64,000 nt of DNA from Nemertoderma westbladi (taxonomy: Eukaryota; Animalia; Xenacoelomorpha): assembly GCA_032718475.1 (NCBI GenBank), contig JAUCBJ010006005.1:9664-73663 (forward strand), read 5' to 3'. Positions 39,080 through 53,254 of this stretch are shown here, piece after piece; positions within the stretch are counted from its first letter, which is position 1, and the number at the start of each line of letters is the position of its first letter. Below the pieces are notes generated by a model, which searched no databases, was not told the DNA's origin, and saw only the letters and a program-made list of their open reading frames with translations. The position numbers and the translations under genes were made by a program.

Positions 39080-41475
39080 GGGTAGGTGTAAAACGCGGAT
39101 CCGGATACGGATCAGGACCCGGATTTGCGAGTGTAAAAGGCGGATCCGGATTTACATACAATCCGTAACTGAGTGTAATATGCGGATTCTGAAATACGCA
39201 ATCCGTATTGCAGTGTAAAACGCGGATTCATATATTTTGTGAATCCGGAATGGAGTGTAAAACACGGATTTTCGTTAATTACCAAGTTTTGTTGGATCCT
39301 GAATGGAGTGTAAAACACGGATTTTCGTTAATTACCAAGTTTTGTTGGATCCGGAATGCAGTGTAAAACACGGATTTTCGTTAATTACCAAGTTTTATTG
39401 GATCCGGAATGGAGTGTAAAACACGGATTTTCGTTAATTACCAAGTTTTGTTGGATCCGGAATGGAGTGTAAAACACGGATTTTCGTTAATTACCAAGTT
39501 TTGTAGGATCCGGAATGGAGTGTAAAACACGGATTTTCGTTAATTACCAAGTTCTGTAGGATCCGGAATGGAGTGTAAAACAAGGATTTTCGTTAATTAC
39601 CAAGTTTTGTTGCATCCGGAATGGAGTGTAAAACACGGATTTTCGTTAATTACCAAGTTTTGTAAGATCCGGAATGGAGTGTAAAACACGGATTTTCGTT
39701 AATTATCAAGTTTTGTTGGATCCGGAATGGAGTGTAAAACACGGATTTTCGTTAATTACCAAGTTTTATAGGATCCGGAATGGAGTGTAAAACACGGATT
39801 TACGTTAATTACCAAGTTTTAATGGATCCGGGAAGGGGTGTAAAACGCGGATTCAATTTATTTACCAAGTGTTACTGGATCCGGGAAGGGGTTTAAAACA
39901 CGGATTGATTCAGGTTAATTTCAAAGTGTTTCTGGATCCGGGAAGGGGTGTAAAATCCGGATTTACGTTAATTACTGAGTATGTTAATGAGGGGCAAAAC
40001 TATTAATGAGGGACACAAACATTAATGGGGGACACCTTAATAGTTAAATAGACACCTTAATAATTTGTCTATGTCTAGAGGCCACACAAAGCTTAATCCG
40101 GCTCTGGGGGACACCTTAATAGGGGTCAATGCTTCCCAATGTAACATTAATAAGGGCGATGGTGATGCTTGGCCGTGAGACATTATTAGATATTGATTAG
40201 CTGAAAAACTACTACCGTAGGAACGTGACCTCTCTGGTAGAGCGGCTCTGTAGACAATTGTAATGTGTCCCACATTAATGTTTGAGTCCTGGCCACTATG
40301 GGCTTCCGTACCCCTTATACTAGAGACAGCACAACCTTATATTAGTATTACCTTATATGGTAGGATTACTGTCCTGTTCCCTGATTGGCTTATCCATCCC
40401 AACCTCCCTTACAAACAAGAATCACTGTTCTGCCTAGCTGGCGGTAGTTTGTACTGCATCATAGCGTAGGCCTACTCTATTTAAGGCCTTACAAGCGTGC
40501 TGCCTTTCTAATTTATGGAGGCTGAACTGTTCAGTATAATTTCTTATTAAACATGGATGACAGTGATGACTTTGTACAAGTTCCATTTACGGGATTCGTT
40601 ATTCCGAGTCCAACCAATGATACAGCCATTGTTGAGCCGCTTGAACTCACTACGCAAACATCGTGCACCCCGAGTCCGGAGAAGAAAAAAAACAGGAAAG
40701 TCCGCAAGCCAAGAAAAGTTACTAAAGAACAATAAACATTGTACTAATTAATAATTGTAACTAGATGGGGGTCTGGGTCTTTATTGCATATGCGTTTTAC
40801 AAATTGTTCATTAAAACTTACTAATTAACTTGAATCCGCGTTTTACACCCTTTTCCGGATGGAAACTAACTTAAATCCGCGTTTTACACCCCTTCCCGGA
40901 TCCAATAAAACTTGGTAATTAACGTAAATCCGTGTTTTACACTCCATTCCGGATCCTACAAAACTTGGTAATTAACGAAAATCCGTGTTTTACACTCCAT
41001 TCCGGATCCAATAAAACTTGGTAATTAACGAAAATCCGTGTTTTACACTCCATTCCGGATCCAATAAAACTTGGTAATTAACGTAAATCCGTGTTTTACA
41101 CTCCATTCCGGATCCAATAAAACTTTGTAATTAACTAGAAACCGCGTTTTACACCCCTTCCCGGATCCAATAAAACTTTGTAATAAACCTGAATCCGTAT
41201 TTTACACCCAATCCCAGATTCAGTAGAAATATGAATCCGCGTTTTACACTCCGTTGAGGATTTAGCCTAAAACATGAATCCGCGCTTTACATTCCTTTCC
41301 GGATCTGAAAAAAAGGCCAATCCGCGTTTTACACTAGGTTACGGATTCGGTAAATTTAGCAGTGCGCGGATCTGCAGATTACACCCTAAAAATGTAAATC
41401 CAGTCGACTTCCATAGGGACAATGTTAAATGATAGAATCCGGATCCTGACCCGGATCCGCGTTTTACTCTGACCC
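39080..41475. mobile_element. Foldback element family A, copy 2 (Mutator-like)
   Basis: GGG...CCC termini, inverted 53-bp-repeat arms and a unique core at about 39980-40790. Near-perfect 9-bp TSD CTAGTAAAG / CTAGCAAAG. Confidence 0.88.
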
Positions 41476-42415
41476 CTAGCAAAGAGGGTTCTTATTTAAG
41501 GATAAGGGTGCTTAATTTGAGCACTCATAATGTTTAAAAGTGAAAGAAAGGGCTGTTCTCCATTATAGGATAGATAATATGACGACCAAATGGAGAGAAT
41601 GAGCGTAACGGTAACGAGGCTTGTAAATGGGGCGAGTAGAGTACTATACCTGTGCACTAAGTATTTGTAAATGACCAAGTTTATAGTACTGTACATTGAA
41701 ATGTATATGATTTGAACAATTGTAAAATAAGTGCCTTTAATTAATAAAGTAGCGACTACCTATGGCGCAAAACTAAATTATGTAACATATTACTAACAAT
41801 AACAAAATAAGAACGAATTAATTAAGCCCCCCAAACTGTACGAGCGCTTACAATGAATTGAAATGGGTTGGATTTACTTTACTGCAATTGAACCATAGAA
41901 AAATAGTTCTAAGGCCGTATGTACCTGTTTGTGCTATATAGGGGAGTAGGCCTAATCAAATTGCAAGTAGAAAAATAAGCAAAGTTTCTGATCTCCGGCT
42001 CTGGTATTTTTTAAAATAATTATCCGGGTAGGGCTCAGGTTTACCGGGATTAAGAAAAACAGGTATCTGTTTCAACTCTAAACCATACATACATTTTTTT
42101 GGTTTACAGTATAATAGCACCGTTTTCATGCTGCAGCCATCACATAAGCAGCCATCATATGCAGCCATAATATATATAGAGCCCACACACTAACGCTTCT
42201 TAATCGAAACATTAGGCCGTCATTTTGTGATTTAGACGTGGTTTACGTATTCCTATAAATCAATCCGTCCTAATTAAACTCTAAAGTTTCACTATTAATT
42301 TCGTTCGTCCGAATAGCAGCATACAATGGTATACTGGTAGTCAAATGAGGAGATATTTTATTATATAAACAGATAAATAATTATAAATAGTAGAAAGGTA
42401 CCAGTTGTAACTCAC

Positions 42416-43873
42416 GTCTGCGAAAGGTCGTTGGGGAGAAGGCAACACGGGGAACTGTTGATTAACAACTGTGGGATACCGCGTCTGCACACTAGATGGA
42501 GCCACATAGGGTGTAGTTGGTGGGCCGGGTCGTATAACGTCGTACTTCTGGCCCACGTTGTGTTGGGAGGAGCCGGAGTTTAACGCATATTGAGAAGATG
42601 GAACTACTTTGGAATAATCCGGTTGCTCTGGGATGCCGTTGGCATTGGTCGTCGGCGGTAGAACCAAGGAAGGATTGAGAGGGAATTGGACCGAACTGTC
42701 AGGGTGTGCTTGGTAAGGAACATGCCTTGAAGGAGTATAGGAACCAGTGGAATAGGGGGGTGACAACACCGATTTAGGTGGCGCAGAAGAACTTGAAGGC
42801 GCTGCCGCGATGACAGAAGATGCATCGAATCCCGTGGTGATTTGCCGAGACGACGCTGTCTGCCTTGACGGATATTCAATACCGGTAGTTAAACCGAGGC
42901 TAATATCATTGCGATTGCCATCCCCAGGGGTAGAGTAGGATGCAGGATAATGCGTCCGAGAAGGCAAACTTACATTTGTGTGGACTACGTTTGATTGGGA
43001 ACTCAAGGAATTATGATTGGGTACACCCTTACTGGATGCCCCAACTTGGGTTGGCGGAGCGCTGACTGGGAATACATTACTGGGGGTCGTATAAGACACC
43101 GCGGTACCACTCGAATAGGAATTGGGTGGGAATACGTTTCTGACGGGTTTATTGAGAGCGACGCCATCGTTTATTTGTGGACTACCTCGACCGTGAGATG
43201 ATACCGGTGCAATACCGCGGTTCGTATTCACTGCCTGAACATTGCCGGGATGCACCTGCCCATTATCGGGTAATGGTGCCGGAGAAATATATTGTACACG
43301 TTGATGTTGAGCCATAGCAGAACGATTTTGATCTTGAGGTCGATTGATAACATCATGAGATGCATAGTGACGTACAGAATTGTAATCGACGCGATGACTT
43401 TGCTCAACTCGAGTTGCAGTTTCATTAGGCAACGTATTATGGCTATTCACAGGTGTTGTATTGTTATCATGAACATTACGACTAATTGGAGTTGTTGGGG
43501 ATGGAATATGGCGCATGTTATGATCAGCTTGAGATGTGGATGACGATAAATGCCCAATATGTGGAGCAATTTGGGATACTAAATTATCTCCACGGACTGA
43601 GGAAGTCGGTCCATTTTGACCACTCGTAGATGTTGAGGTATTAGGCGGGATAGATCGTCCAGTAGGCATATCTGGCGCGATAAAACGCGAACTGGGATTA
43701 ATTTGAGGTCCAGGTATCATAGTAGAACCAGTTGATGTTGCGGAACCCTTTTGCTGGATATTATGCTGACTATTAGGAGGAGTTGAAGTGAAATTGCCTC
43801 GATTTGGAGGAATGTTCCGAACAGGGGGGGAAGGATAAACGGGATTATCCCATTGTCCTCGTGCAGGATACAT
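42416..43873 (-). CDS. SEC24: SEC24A/B-like, large N-terminal exon (486 codons, P/S/N/Q-rich disordered region); start tentative
   Basis: Lies in ORF 42341..43939. ATG at 43873 (MYPARGQW...) and donor GAC|GTGAGT at 42416/42415, phase 0, joining the next exon in frame. A possible in-frame acceptor at about 43943 means an upstream exon cannot be excluded. Confidence 0.75.
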
Positions 43874-45350
43874 CACAGGCCGACAAGAGCAGCCGAAGGC
43901 CGAGAAGTCAGATATTAAAATTGTATTGCGATAGAACACAGCCTGACAGCATATATAAGTACTAGTGAATGCTATGCTGTCTACTTCACTGTTTTAACGG
44001 TATATACTTGATAACTGCCAAATCAAGGTTCAGAGGATTTATTACTGTATTATGATATTACTGCTATGATACCGGTATGCTGGTATGTTTAATAAGGCTA
44101 CATGGCACTAGGTACCGCAGTATGATGCTTATGGTAGGAGCCTACCGTTAGCGTTTCTTCAATTACCGTAGAAATCAAATTAAATTAATTATTAAACCGA
44201 TAGGATGTACTTATTGTCACGATACCGTAACTATCTACTGAAACGGAACTATCAACAGATCAACTGTAGGCCTAACTGCCTAATCAGTAATCATTGATAA
44301 AAACTTAAAGAAAAAAGTTGACAATTGTTACAGTAACAGTAGCCTACAATGCTACAAATGTACAGCAGAAGTACAATTCTACATACAGACATATTTCTAA
44401 AATTACCGTACCGGTAGGCCTAGTCCTAAATATAAATTGCACACAACACACTAAAATTCTAACTTACTGTATAAAACCAATATATGTTAACATTAGACTG
44501 TTAGACAGTTAGAGGGTCCTACGAATTACTGAATTAGGCAAAATAATCACAAAATACCACAAAAAGGCTAAACTATTACCGGTACCTACTAGGGCTCGAT
44601 CGGAGCTCCGGCCTCCGGCTCCGGCCATTTTGGCACCTCCGGCTCCTGCTCCGGCTCCGGTAAAAATATTGCCGGAGTTAATTTTTTAATAAAGTATTAT
44701 ATTTCGTGCATATTCTAATCTGAACAATTATTTACACTATAAGTACTGTCAGACTGTAGTACAGCTTCAATATCCAGCAGTCCAGCATACTGGCATAATA
44801 CTGCAGTATTTATTAGGCCTGCTTAAAGTCAATGACTGACTGACTGTTGACTGTACTGCAGTACCAGTACTGGTACTGGCCAGCTGGCTGACTAGCAGAC
44901 AGTCGGTGAGAAGTCAAAAATTGGACTTGAGTCCAAAATTGGACTTCGACTCCAGTTCAAGTCCAAAATTGGACTTATGTGAGTCTAATATTGGACTTCA
45001 AATCAGCCAATTGTTCCAGGGCCTTGGGTAATTGGATCGGGCGGGATTTTTTTTTTTTAATCGAAAATATATCAAAAAATAAGAGTTTTGAACAGGGGGA
45101 CCTGAAATTCACCAGGGGGAACTATTTTTATAAGGCTTTGAATTTTTACAAAAGTCCAATATTGGACTTTAAGTCCAATTTTGGACGCGACATTGAGAAT
45201 CAAACTTAAATGTACATGATGCATAACAGATGAGAGACAACCAGACAGCTATTAAGTTATGGAAAGTTACCTTTGCAGCTCTGTATGTACTGACTGATGT
45301 ATCTTCAGTGTACTGTACTTAGAATATTTACATTCATGTTATGTCTAACC

Positions 45351-47288
45351 TAGGGCTCAACAGAAGCTTCGGCTTCGGTTCGGTTCGGGCCGAAGTTTGG
45401 CAATTTCGGTTCGGTTCGGCTTCTGCAATTGATACTGCAGAAGCCAGGAGCAAACTTTGCTAATTATTCCAAGTATTATATTGACTGATTGAGCTAAGAC
45501 CAGAAGACAGTAAGACTAATCAATCTGTCCATCGTTGTACTAATTAATTTTGGGGTGCAAACGTTAAGCAGACACTGGTGCAGAGCAGACAGTAGGTACA
45601 GACAGTGGTGCAGACAGTGGTGCAGACAGTGATGCAGACAGTGGTGCAGACACCTGGTGCAACAGCGGTGCAGTCGTGCAGCCACTGGTGCAGACAGTGG
45701 TGCAGACAGTTGTGCAGGCTTTGATACAGGCAGTGGTGCAGACAGTGGTGCAGACACTGGTGCAGACACTGGTGCAGACAGTGTTGCAGACAGTGGTGCA
45801 GACACCTGGTGCAGACAGTGGTGTAGACAGTGGTGCAGACACTGGTGCAGACAGTGGTTCAGACACTGGTGCAGACAGTGGTGCAGACAGTGGTGCAGCC
45901 AGTGGTGCAGACAGTGGTGCAGCCAGTGGTGCAGACAGTGGTGCAGATACTGGTGCAGACACTGGCAGACTGGTGCAGACAGTAAAGGCTGAAAGGGGCG
46001 AGCAGGTTAGTAAAGGAGCAGTTTAGTAAAGGAGCAGGTTTCAGAGGAGTATTGGGGGAACCAAAACAATAAACGTTATTGTTTTGGAGGCTAAGAATAC
46101 CCAAGGGCCAAGAATACTCGCAGGCTAAGAATACTCGCGGACTAACAATTCCTGAGACCTTACTGTAGTTAGTCTGCACTGTCTGCACCACTGTCTGACT
46201 GTCTGCACCAGTGTCTGCACCACTGTCTGCACCAGTGTCTGCACCACTTTCTGCACCAGTCTGCACCACTGTCTGCATCACTGTCTGCACCACTGTCTGC
46301 ACCAGTGTCTGCACCACTGTCTGCACCAGTGTCTGCACCACTTTCTGCACCAGTCTGCACCACTGTCTGCACCAGTGTCTGCATCACTGTCTGTACCAGT
46401 GTCTGCCGCACCACTGTCTGCACCACTGTCTGCACCAGTGTCTGCACCACTGTCTGCACCAGTGTCTGAACCACTGTCTGCACGCTGCACCACTGTCTGA
46501 CTGTCTGCATCACTGTCTGCACCACTGTCTGCTGTCAGCACCACTGTCTGCACCAGTGCCTGCACCACTGTCTGCACGCTGCACCACTGTCTGCACCACA
46601 GTCTGCACCACTGTCCGCACCAGGTGTCTGCACCACTGTCTGCACTGCACCACTGTCTGCTTAACGTTTACACCCTTAATTTTGGACTGAACTTCCATTT
46701 AAATGGCATTATTTTTTTAATTGTTTTCAGTTTACTTGGGTAGTTTCAAAATTAGCTTAATTATACAGTAGTTTAGGTTAGGCTAAATAGGCCTATTGCC
46801 ATTTTACTTTGTAGTACCCATTTATTAATTAATCATAACTTTGATATTGATACATAATACCAAATACAGAAATATACCTACTACCTCATACTGTCATATA
46901 AATAGTACTACCTGTACTTTTAGTGAGGTTTTCTAAATTTTATGTCCCTACTGTACGGCTTACTACGGATGAAAATGTGGTGCATACAGTAGCAGTAAGT
47001 ATACAGTAGTTTAGGTTAGTAATGCTGTACAGTAATGTAAATATTGTCATTTTATTTTGTAGTACTTATTTTTTTAATTAATCATAGCTTTCTTGCTAAG
47101 TCAGCACACCAAATAGGTACCAGTCTGCCACTGCCAGTCAGCCAGTATAGTGACGTAAAGACGAATTTATGACCATAACTTGCTAACTTTCTGAACTTCG
47201 GTTCGGATTCGGTTCGGTTCGGCCCGAAGTTGGCCCTGCTTCGGTTCGGTTCGGTTCGGCACCATAAAGTGCCTTCTGTTGAACCCTA
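45351..47288. mobile_element. hAT-type MITE H (TAGGG(C/T)TCAACAGAAG ends, TTCGG repeats)
   Basis: 8-bp TSD GTCTAACC on both sides; the empty site is present in E2 at about 53751. Confidence 0.93.
45553..46675. mobile_element. Mutator-like foldback element I with inverted arms of a 12-bp repeat (TGCAGACAGTGG)
   Basis: GGGTGCAAACGTTAAGCAGACA ... TGTCTGCTTAACGTTTACACCC; exact 9-bp TSD TTAATTTTG. Confidence 0.92.
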
Positions 47289-48146
47289 GTCTAACCTTAC
47301 AGCCTTGTACCAAGGACTTTCAGACTTTAGAGTCTTTAGGACTAGATTAGATTATGCTCCAAGAAATATTTAATTACAAATTATATTTGGTGGAAACTGG
47401 TAGCAATGCCAGGTTTGCCAACTGCAGCTGCTGCTAAGGCTAACTACAGTACACAGTACAAGCTACGATTTCGTCTAAGCCTATACCTGTATAGGCAGAT
47501 CAAGATAGGAGCCCTATCAGAAAGAAATACTACAAAGTTGATGCTACCACCATCTCTTCTAATTTTTCCATACAACAGGAAGGGTATTTTAAAACGGCTG
47601 GATCATGAAAGGGGATTAACTGATTAACGTGTTGGCGTCTCCACATAATAATTACAGAAGTAACACACGTCATAAACCAATTGAGGGAAAGGAACAGGTT
47701 ACAGAGGCCGGTTTTTCTAACTAAAACAATAAACGGCCACTTTTGACTTTACCAATTGAAGGAGCCCTATCACCACATACTACTTACTACTAGGGCTCGA
47801 TCGGAGTTGGGATTTGGCCGGAGCTGGAGCAGGAGCCGGAGTTAGACAATCTGGCCGGAGCCGGAGCAGGAGCCGGAGTTTTTCAAAAATTTTAAAAATT
47901 TAATTATTTATTTAAAAAAAAATAAATTATGGTTATCGTTCGCCAATCGCTCATAATCAATCATACTGTCTGACTGTAGGTCTAATTAATTTCATAATTT
48001 ATAGATTTACGAATTTTCAATTTAAAATTTAAGTACCGGTACCGGTAATTAATTTATCACGGACAGACAGACAGACGGCCTGACGCTGACGGCTAAAAAT
48101 TACCTACATTACCTAACTGCCTAACTCACTACAGTAGGGAACATAC

Positions 48147-48993
48147 TAGGCTGCTAGGGCTCGATCGGAGTTGGGATTTGGCCGGAGCCGGAGCAGGAGC
48201 CGGAGTTGGACAATTTGGCCGGAGCCGGAGCAGGAGCCGGAGTTTTTTAAAAATTTTAAAAATTTAATTATTTATTAAAAAAAAAATAAAGTATGGGATA
48301 TCGTTCGCCAATCTGCCAATCGCTCATAATCAATCATACTGCTGTACTGTAGGTCTAATTAATTTCATAATTTATAGATTTACGAATTTTCAATTAAAAA
48401 TTTAAGTAATTAATTTATCACGGACAGACGGCCTGACGCTGACGGCTAAAAATTACCTACAGTACCCAACTCCAACTCACTAACTATCTAACTATGGTAG
48501 AGGTGTGTCTGTGTACTGTGACTGTAGGTAGCCTACCGCTGTACTGTACTGTAGGTAGCCTACCGCTGTACCGCAGTACCGTACGTATAACAGTACTACC
48601 TGACTACAGTACATTATGCTGGCATGACAGTCAGTAAATGGCTGCAGTGGTACAGCTATACAGTGTACAATCATAGCATTTACAACAATTTTTTACAGTA
48701 GGGCCTATCTGTAACAACCTGCTAGTCAGCCAGCTGGCCAGTACCAGTACTGCAGTACAGTCAGTCAGTCATTGACTAACTGACTAAGTAAATACTGCAG
48801 TATTATGCTTGATATTGAAGCTGTACTACAGTACTTATAGTGTAAATAATTGTTCAGATTAGAATATGCACGAAATATAATACTTTATTAAAAAATTAAC
48901 TCCGGCAATATTTTTACCGGAGCCGGAGCAGGAGCCGGAGGTGCCAAAATGGCCGGAGCCGGAGCCGGAGGCCGGAGCTCCGATCGAGCCCTA
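48147..48993. mobile_element. hAT-type MITE F3, intact (about 840 bp), inserted in the left TIR of J
   Basis: TSD GAACATAC at 48139-48146 and 48994-49001; the canonical TIR starts at 48155 after 8 extra nt. Confidence 0.92.
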
Positions 48994-51900
48994 GAACATA
49001 CCCTTAAATAAGCTCCAAAAGTGGGTTCTTATTTAAGGAAAATGGCTCTTATTTAGGGGTTTTTGGGCCTTTTTTGGATATTTTTTCGATATAATATGCA
49101 ATAACTTGTTTCAGGAAAAAATACCGCATAATTTTATTTCACAATGTAAAAGTTGGGTCTTTCTTGAACATAAAGCAAAAAACCAGAAAACATTTCACCG
49201 TCCGGTTTTTTTTCTACAAGCATTTTAAAATTGCATCAAAAATACGACTAGTTCCTAAATAAGGGGGATTTTTTAAATTTACCTTATTTAAGATATCGAA
49301 ATTGTACACGTAAATACTAAAAGTCCCTAAATAAGAACTTTTTGACCTGGGTTTCTTATTTAGGAAGACAATTGTATTCCAAAATCTGCACATCTTAAAT
49401 AAAATAAATATTCCTTATTCCTTACAGTATGTGTTACACTTCTTTCATAATTCTTTGATTTATGTCAGTCTGTATATTGCTAATTGTTGGGTTAAGGATA
49501 AGGACAATGGTTGCACTGCACTCTATAAATCCTCTATAGAATATCGTATCATAATGAAGTTGCTAGCACTGGCATTCTTACCTCACACGGTAGCATAGAA
49601 TAGCCCATTGATATTCAAAAGAATAGCCCATAGCCCATCTGAGCGCACATACATTGTCACGTATTTCGATGAAACATGACTCAAATAACTGGACATCGCC
49701 GCACAGTTTCGAAAAACTAACTTGTGTCCTGCATTTCCTCTTCTGCTCCGCGTTACGCCCTTACGCCCCACTTAGATGGATTGTCCACAATGTTGTACTT
49801 GAAAGGTGTGAAAAAGGTGAAAAACCAATGTCAATGTCATGTCAATAGGCACAAAGATGGTTCGGTTGGGCAGCTGATAGACGTTATGAAGGTTAAAGAT
49901 GATGACTGGATGACGTTTTGGCTCAACTGGCTCAGGCAGGAGTGGGACACGTTCATGGGACCTTTGCGCAGCATGAAGTGAGCAAAGCCTTAGCTAGCCC
50001 TAGCTGATAGGGGCCCCACCCCATTAACATGTTATCTTTCGTTAGTCAGAGGTCGTTCAACACAATACTCCTCTCCTTAATTTGCCTCATTGCGTTCGTT
50101 TAATTTCATCAAGGAATGACCGAGTTATTAGCGATAAAAAAATTTACAACGATGACAGACAACTCGTTAATAGCACCCATATGCTAAGGCTTCGCTCACT
50201 TGAACGTGGCTCTCCCCCCACATTCAATCCGGTTCGACGCAGTTTGTTGCTCATTGTTGCTCATTGCTACTCGTTGTGCTTTATTATTTCTCATTGTTGC
50301 TCGTTGTTGGTCATTGTTGCTCATTGTTGCTTGTTGGTGCTCATTGTTGCTCGTTAGTTGTACTTTATTATTGCTCGTTGTTGCTCGTTGTACTCTATTA
50401 TTGCTCGTTGTTGCTCATTATTGCTCATTGTTACTCATTGTTGCTCGTTGTTGTACTTTATTATTGCTCGTTCAATCGTTGTTCCTCATTGTTGCTCGTT
50501 GTTTCTCGTTGTTGTACTTTATTATTGCTCGTTGTTGCTGAATATTACTCGTTGTTGCTTGGTCAGTCGTTGTTGCTAATTGTTGATCGTTGTTGTACTT
50601 TATTATTGCTCATTGTTGCTCAATATATCTCGTTGTTGCTCAATATAACTCGTTGTTGCTCGTTCAGTTGTTGTTGCTCATTATTGATCGTTGTTGCTCG
50701 TTGTTGTTCTTTATTATTGCTCATTGTTGCTCAGTGTTTCTCATTGTTGCTCAATCAGTCAGGGAGATCATCAATTTTGGGGTTACCCCAAATTTCGAAT
50801 TCTGGTAATAGACTGTCGAAAATTGGGGTTTTTTGTTCAAATTTGAGGTATTTTTAGGCTCATAATATCGAGTGTTGCTGCGACTTAGGGAAACTGTTGG
50901 AGCAACTTCTACTTTTAATATGTTAAAATATAATGTAAAATAAGAACTTTTATCGATGCAATAAAATATTTCACCGATGCAAACATGCTTTTATTGGGGG
51001 CGAAAATTGAAATTTGAGGTTAAACCTCAAATTTGAGACAAAACCTCAAATTTCGCCAGTCTTTACAACATCACCAGCCTGCCAGCAGTAGGGTGTAGCA
51101 GTAGGCTTTGCTGCTTAGTGCTTATAGAGCTTGGTGAGAATGGGTGACCAGTCGACCAGTGTAACCTGTGAAGTATGCAGGGTAGGCTTAACCTTACAGC
51201 ACAGCAACTTACAGTCAATAACTTTAATGATTGTTAACTCCGTTAGTGATTGGTGATAAAAATGCAGAAGACTAGAGAAATTCGCTATCCTTACAGCCTT
51301 ACTGTTGGTAAGAAGAACAGTAGAACAAATCCTCACTGTTGCGAGATTCAAGCTCACACAGCTGCACAGTCACAGACTCAGGAAGGCCTACTATATCTTG
51401 TAGATGTTGAATCAATTCCAGAATTTGGAAGTTTACATATTCTGGCATTCATCGGTTCTGTTCATCATTCATATCACACATCTTCGGAAAAAAAAATGTT
51501 TTCTGGTTGTTGATGTCCTCAAAAAACTTTGTATAAAACTTTGTATATCAAATGAAGCCATTCCTCTCCTGACAGCCTGATGAAGACTTATGTAATATTC
51601 ACCTGCCCTAGCTCTATCTGTCAATTGGAATACTGTACCATCATTCTTCCACAGGTTGGAGCCCATTTCTAGACAAATGTTGCCGCAAAGGTTGACGTGG
51701 TTTATACAATATATGTGGACTTGATTCTTTTGTTAGTTATTCTATATGACTGGCAACTGGAGACTCTAAAGTTGGAACCACCACCTACTGCAGTATACAA
51801 TAATACATCAATTAAAGTTCAATTTGATAATGTGCTTTAAACTTATATGTAAAGATCTAAACCTGATCCTCCATTACTGATTACAACAATGTGCAACATA

Positions 51901-52764
51901 ATATCTCAGCCAGACATCCAATGCAATCATGACCTGGCCATATATATGTTGCCGCAAAGGTTGACAGGTTGACGTGGTTTATACAATATATGTGGACTTG
52001 ATTCTTTTGTTAGTTATTCTATACGACTGGAGACTCTAAAGTTGGAACCACTACCTACTGCAGTATACAACAATTAAAGTTCAATTTGATAATGTGCTTT
52101 AAACATATATGTAAAGATCTAAACCTGATCCTCCATTACAACAATGTGCAACATCCTTGCAGACTATTTTAAAATCCCAGCCAGACATCCAATGCAATAT
52201 ATATATAAGATATAATAATAATATATAATATATAAGGCAATATATATAAAATTATGAAGCAAAGGCCATGCCCCGCCCATCTGCCCATGTCTGCATGTTC
52301 CATACATCACCTCTTCTTTATCAGGGTCTGGGTCATTAACATATGGAACATGCTGGACCTGGAACACAGTAGAAACATCATCATCACTAATCGCTATTCT
52401 TTTAAACAGTCTTTAGTCTATGCTTGATCTGCTTTCTTATCAAGACATCTGAAATGTTTTAGAAATCTAATTATAAGTAACTGTTTGTTTATACTATACA
52501 TACATACATCATTTTAAATTGACCTTATGAGGAACCAGAATCATTTATAACTTGGGCAAAAAGTATAACCTTTTTCACTAACCGATTCTCGAGGCTTTAT
52601 CTCATCTCTGGAGAACACCTTGCAGGCACTAAAGTTGCATTGCAATAGTGTGTAGGGATAGATTTTGCTCAAATTTCAATCAAAAATTTTGAACAACACA
52701 TTCAATAAAATTTTAGAAATTCCACCAAAAATATTTTGGCACTTGTGTCAAATCAAATAGGTGA

Positions 52765-52965
52765 CCCTCCTAATCTGCTAATCCTGAAATCACCAGCTAA
52801 TCCTGAAATTTAGTGCAGCTGATATCAATATTCCTAACTCTTGTTTATTGTTTTTTGGTTTTTCTTTCAACTCACCTCTGTAACCTGCTCCTTTGCTAAC
52901 CCTGTAACCGGGCACTAGTGAAAGTGACTTTAGTTTAGGTGATTTCAGGATTAGCAGATTAGGAG
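52765..52965. mobile_element. Small MITE of about 200 bp inside K
   Basis: CTCCTAATCTGCTAATCCTGAAATCACC / GGTGATTTCAGGATTAGCAGATTAGGAG perfect inverted repeat; TSD not resolved. Confidence 0.7.
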
Positions 52966-53254
52966 CTAGAACTTTTTTTACCGGGAGAAAAAGTAAAATC
53001 AATGCAAAATTATGGCTCTATGGTACATTATTATGTGGCAATATTATTCAATATTATTGCAGGTTGCTGTGTTGCCGACTTTGCAAAAGCTGTGCCCAAC
53101 AAAAAGTTACAAAAAAATCCCTAATTAATTATTTTGCTTATATTAGTTGATCACGAATCTATTTTCTATTTTGATACTTTTCGACACGCAATAAAATTAC
53201 AAACTGCATTGTCAATTTGTAGTAATTAATTTAAGTAGGCCTATTTGTAATTGT

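Noticed and set aside
45494-46698. GADS/VQT/CLHH repeat ORFs
   Set aside because: Translations of the 12-bp arms of foldback element I.
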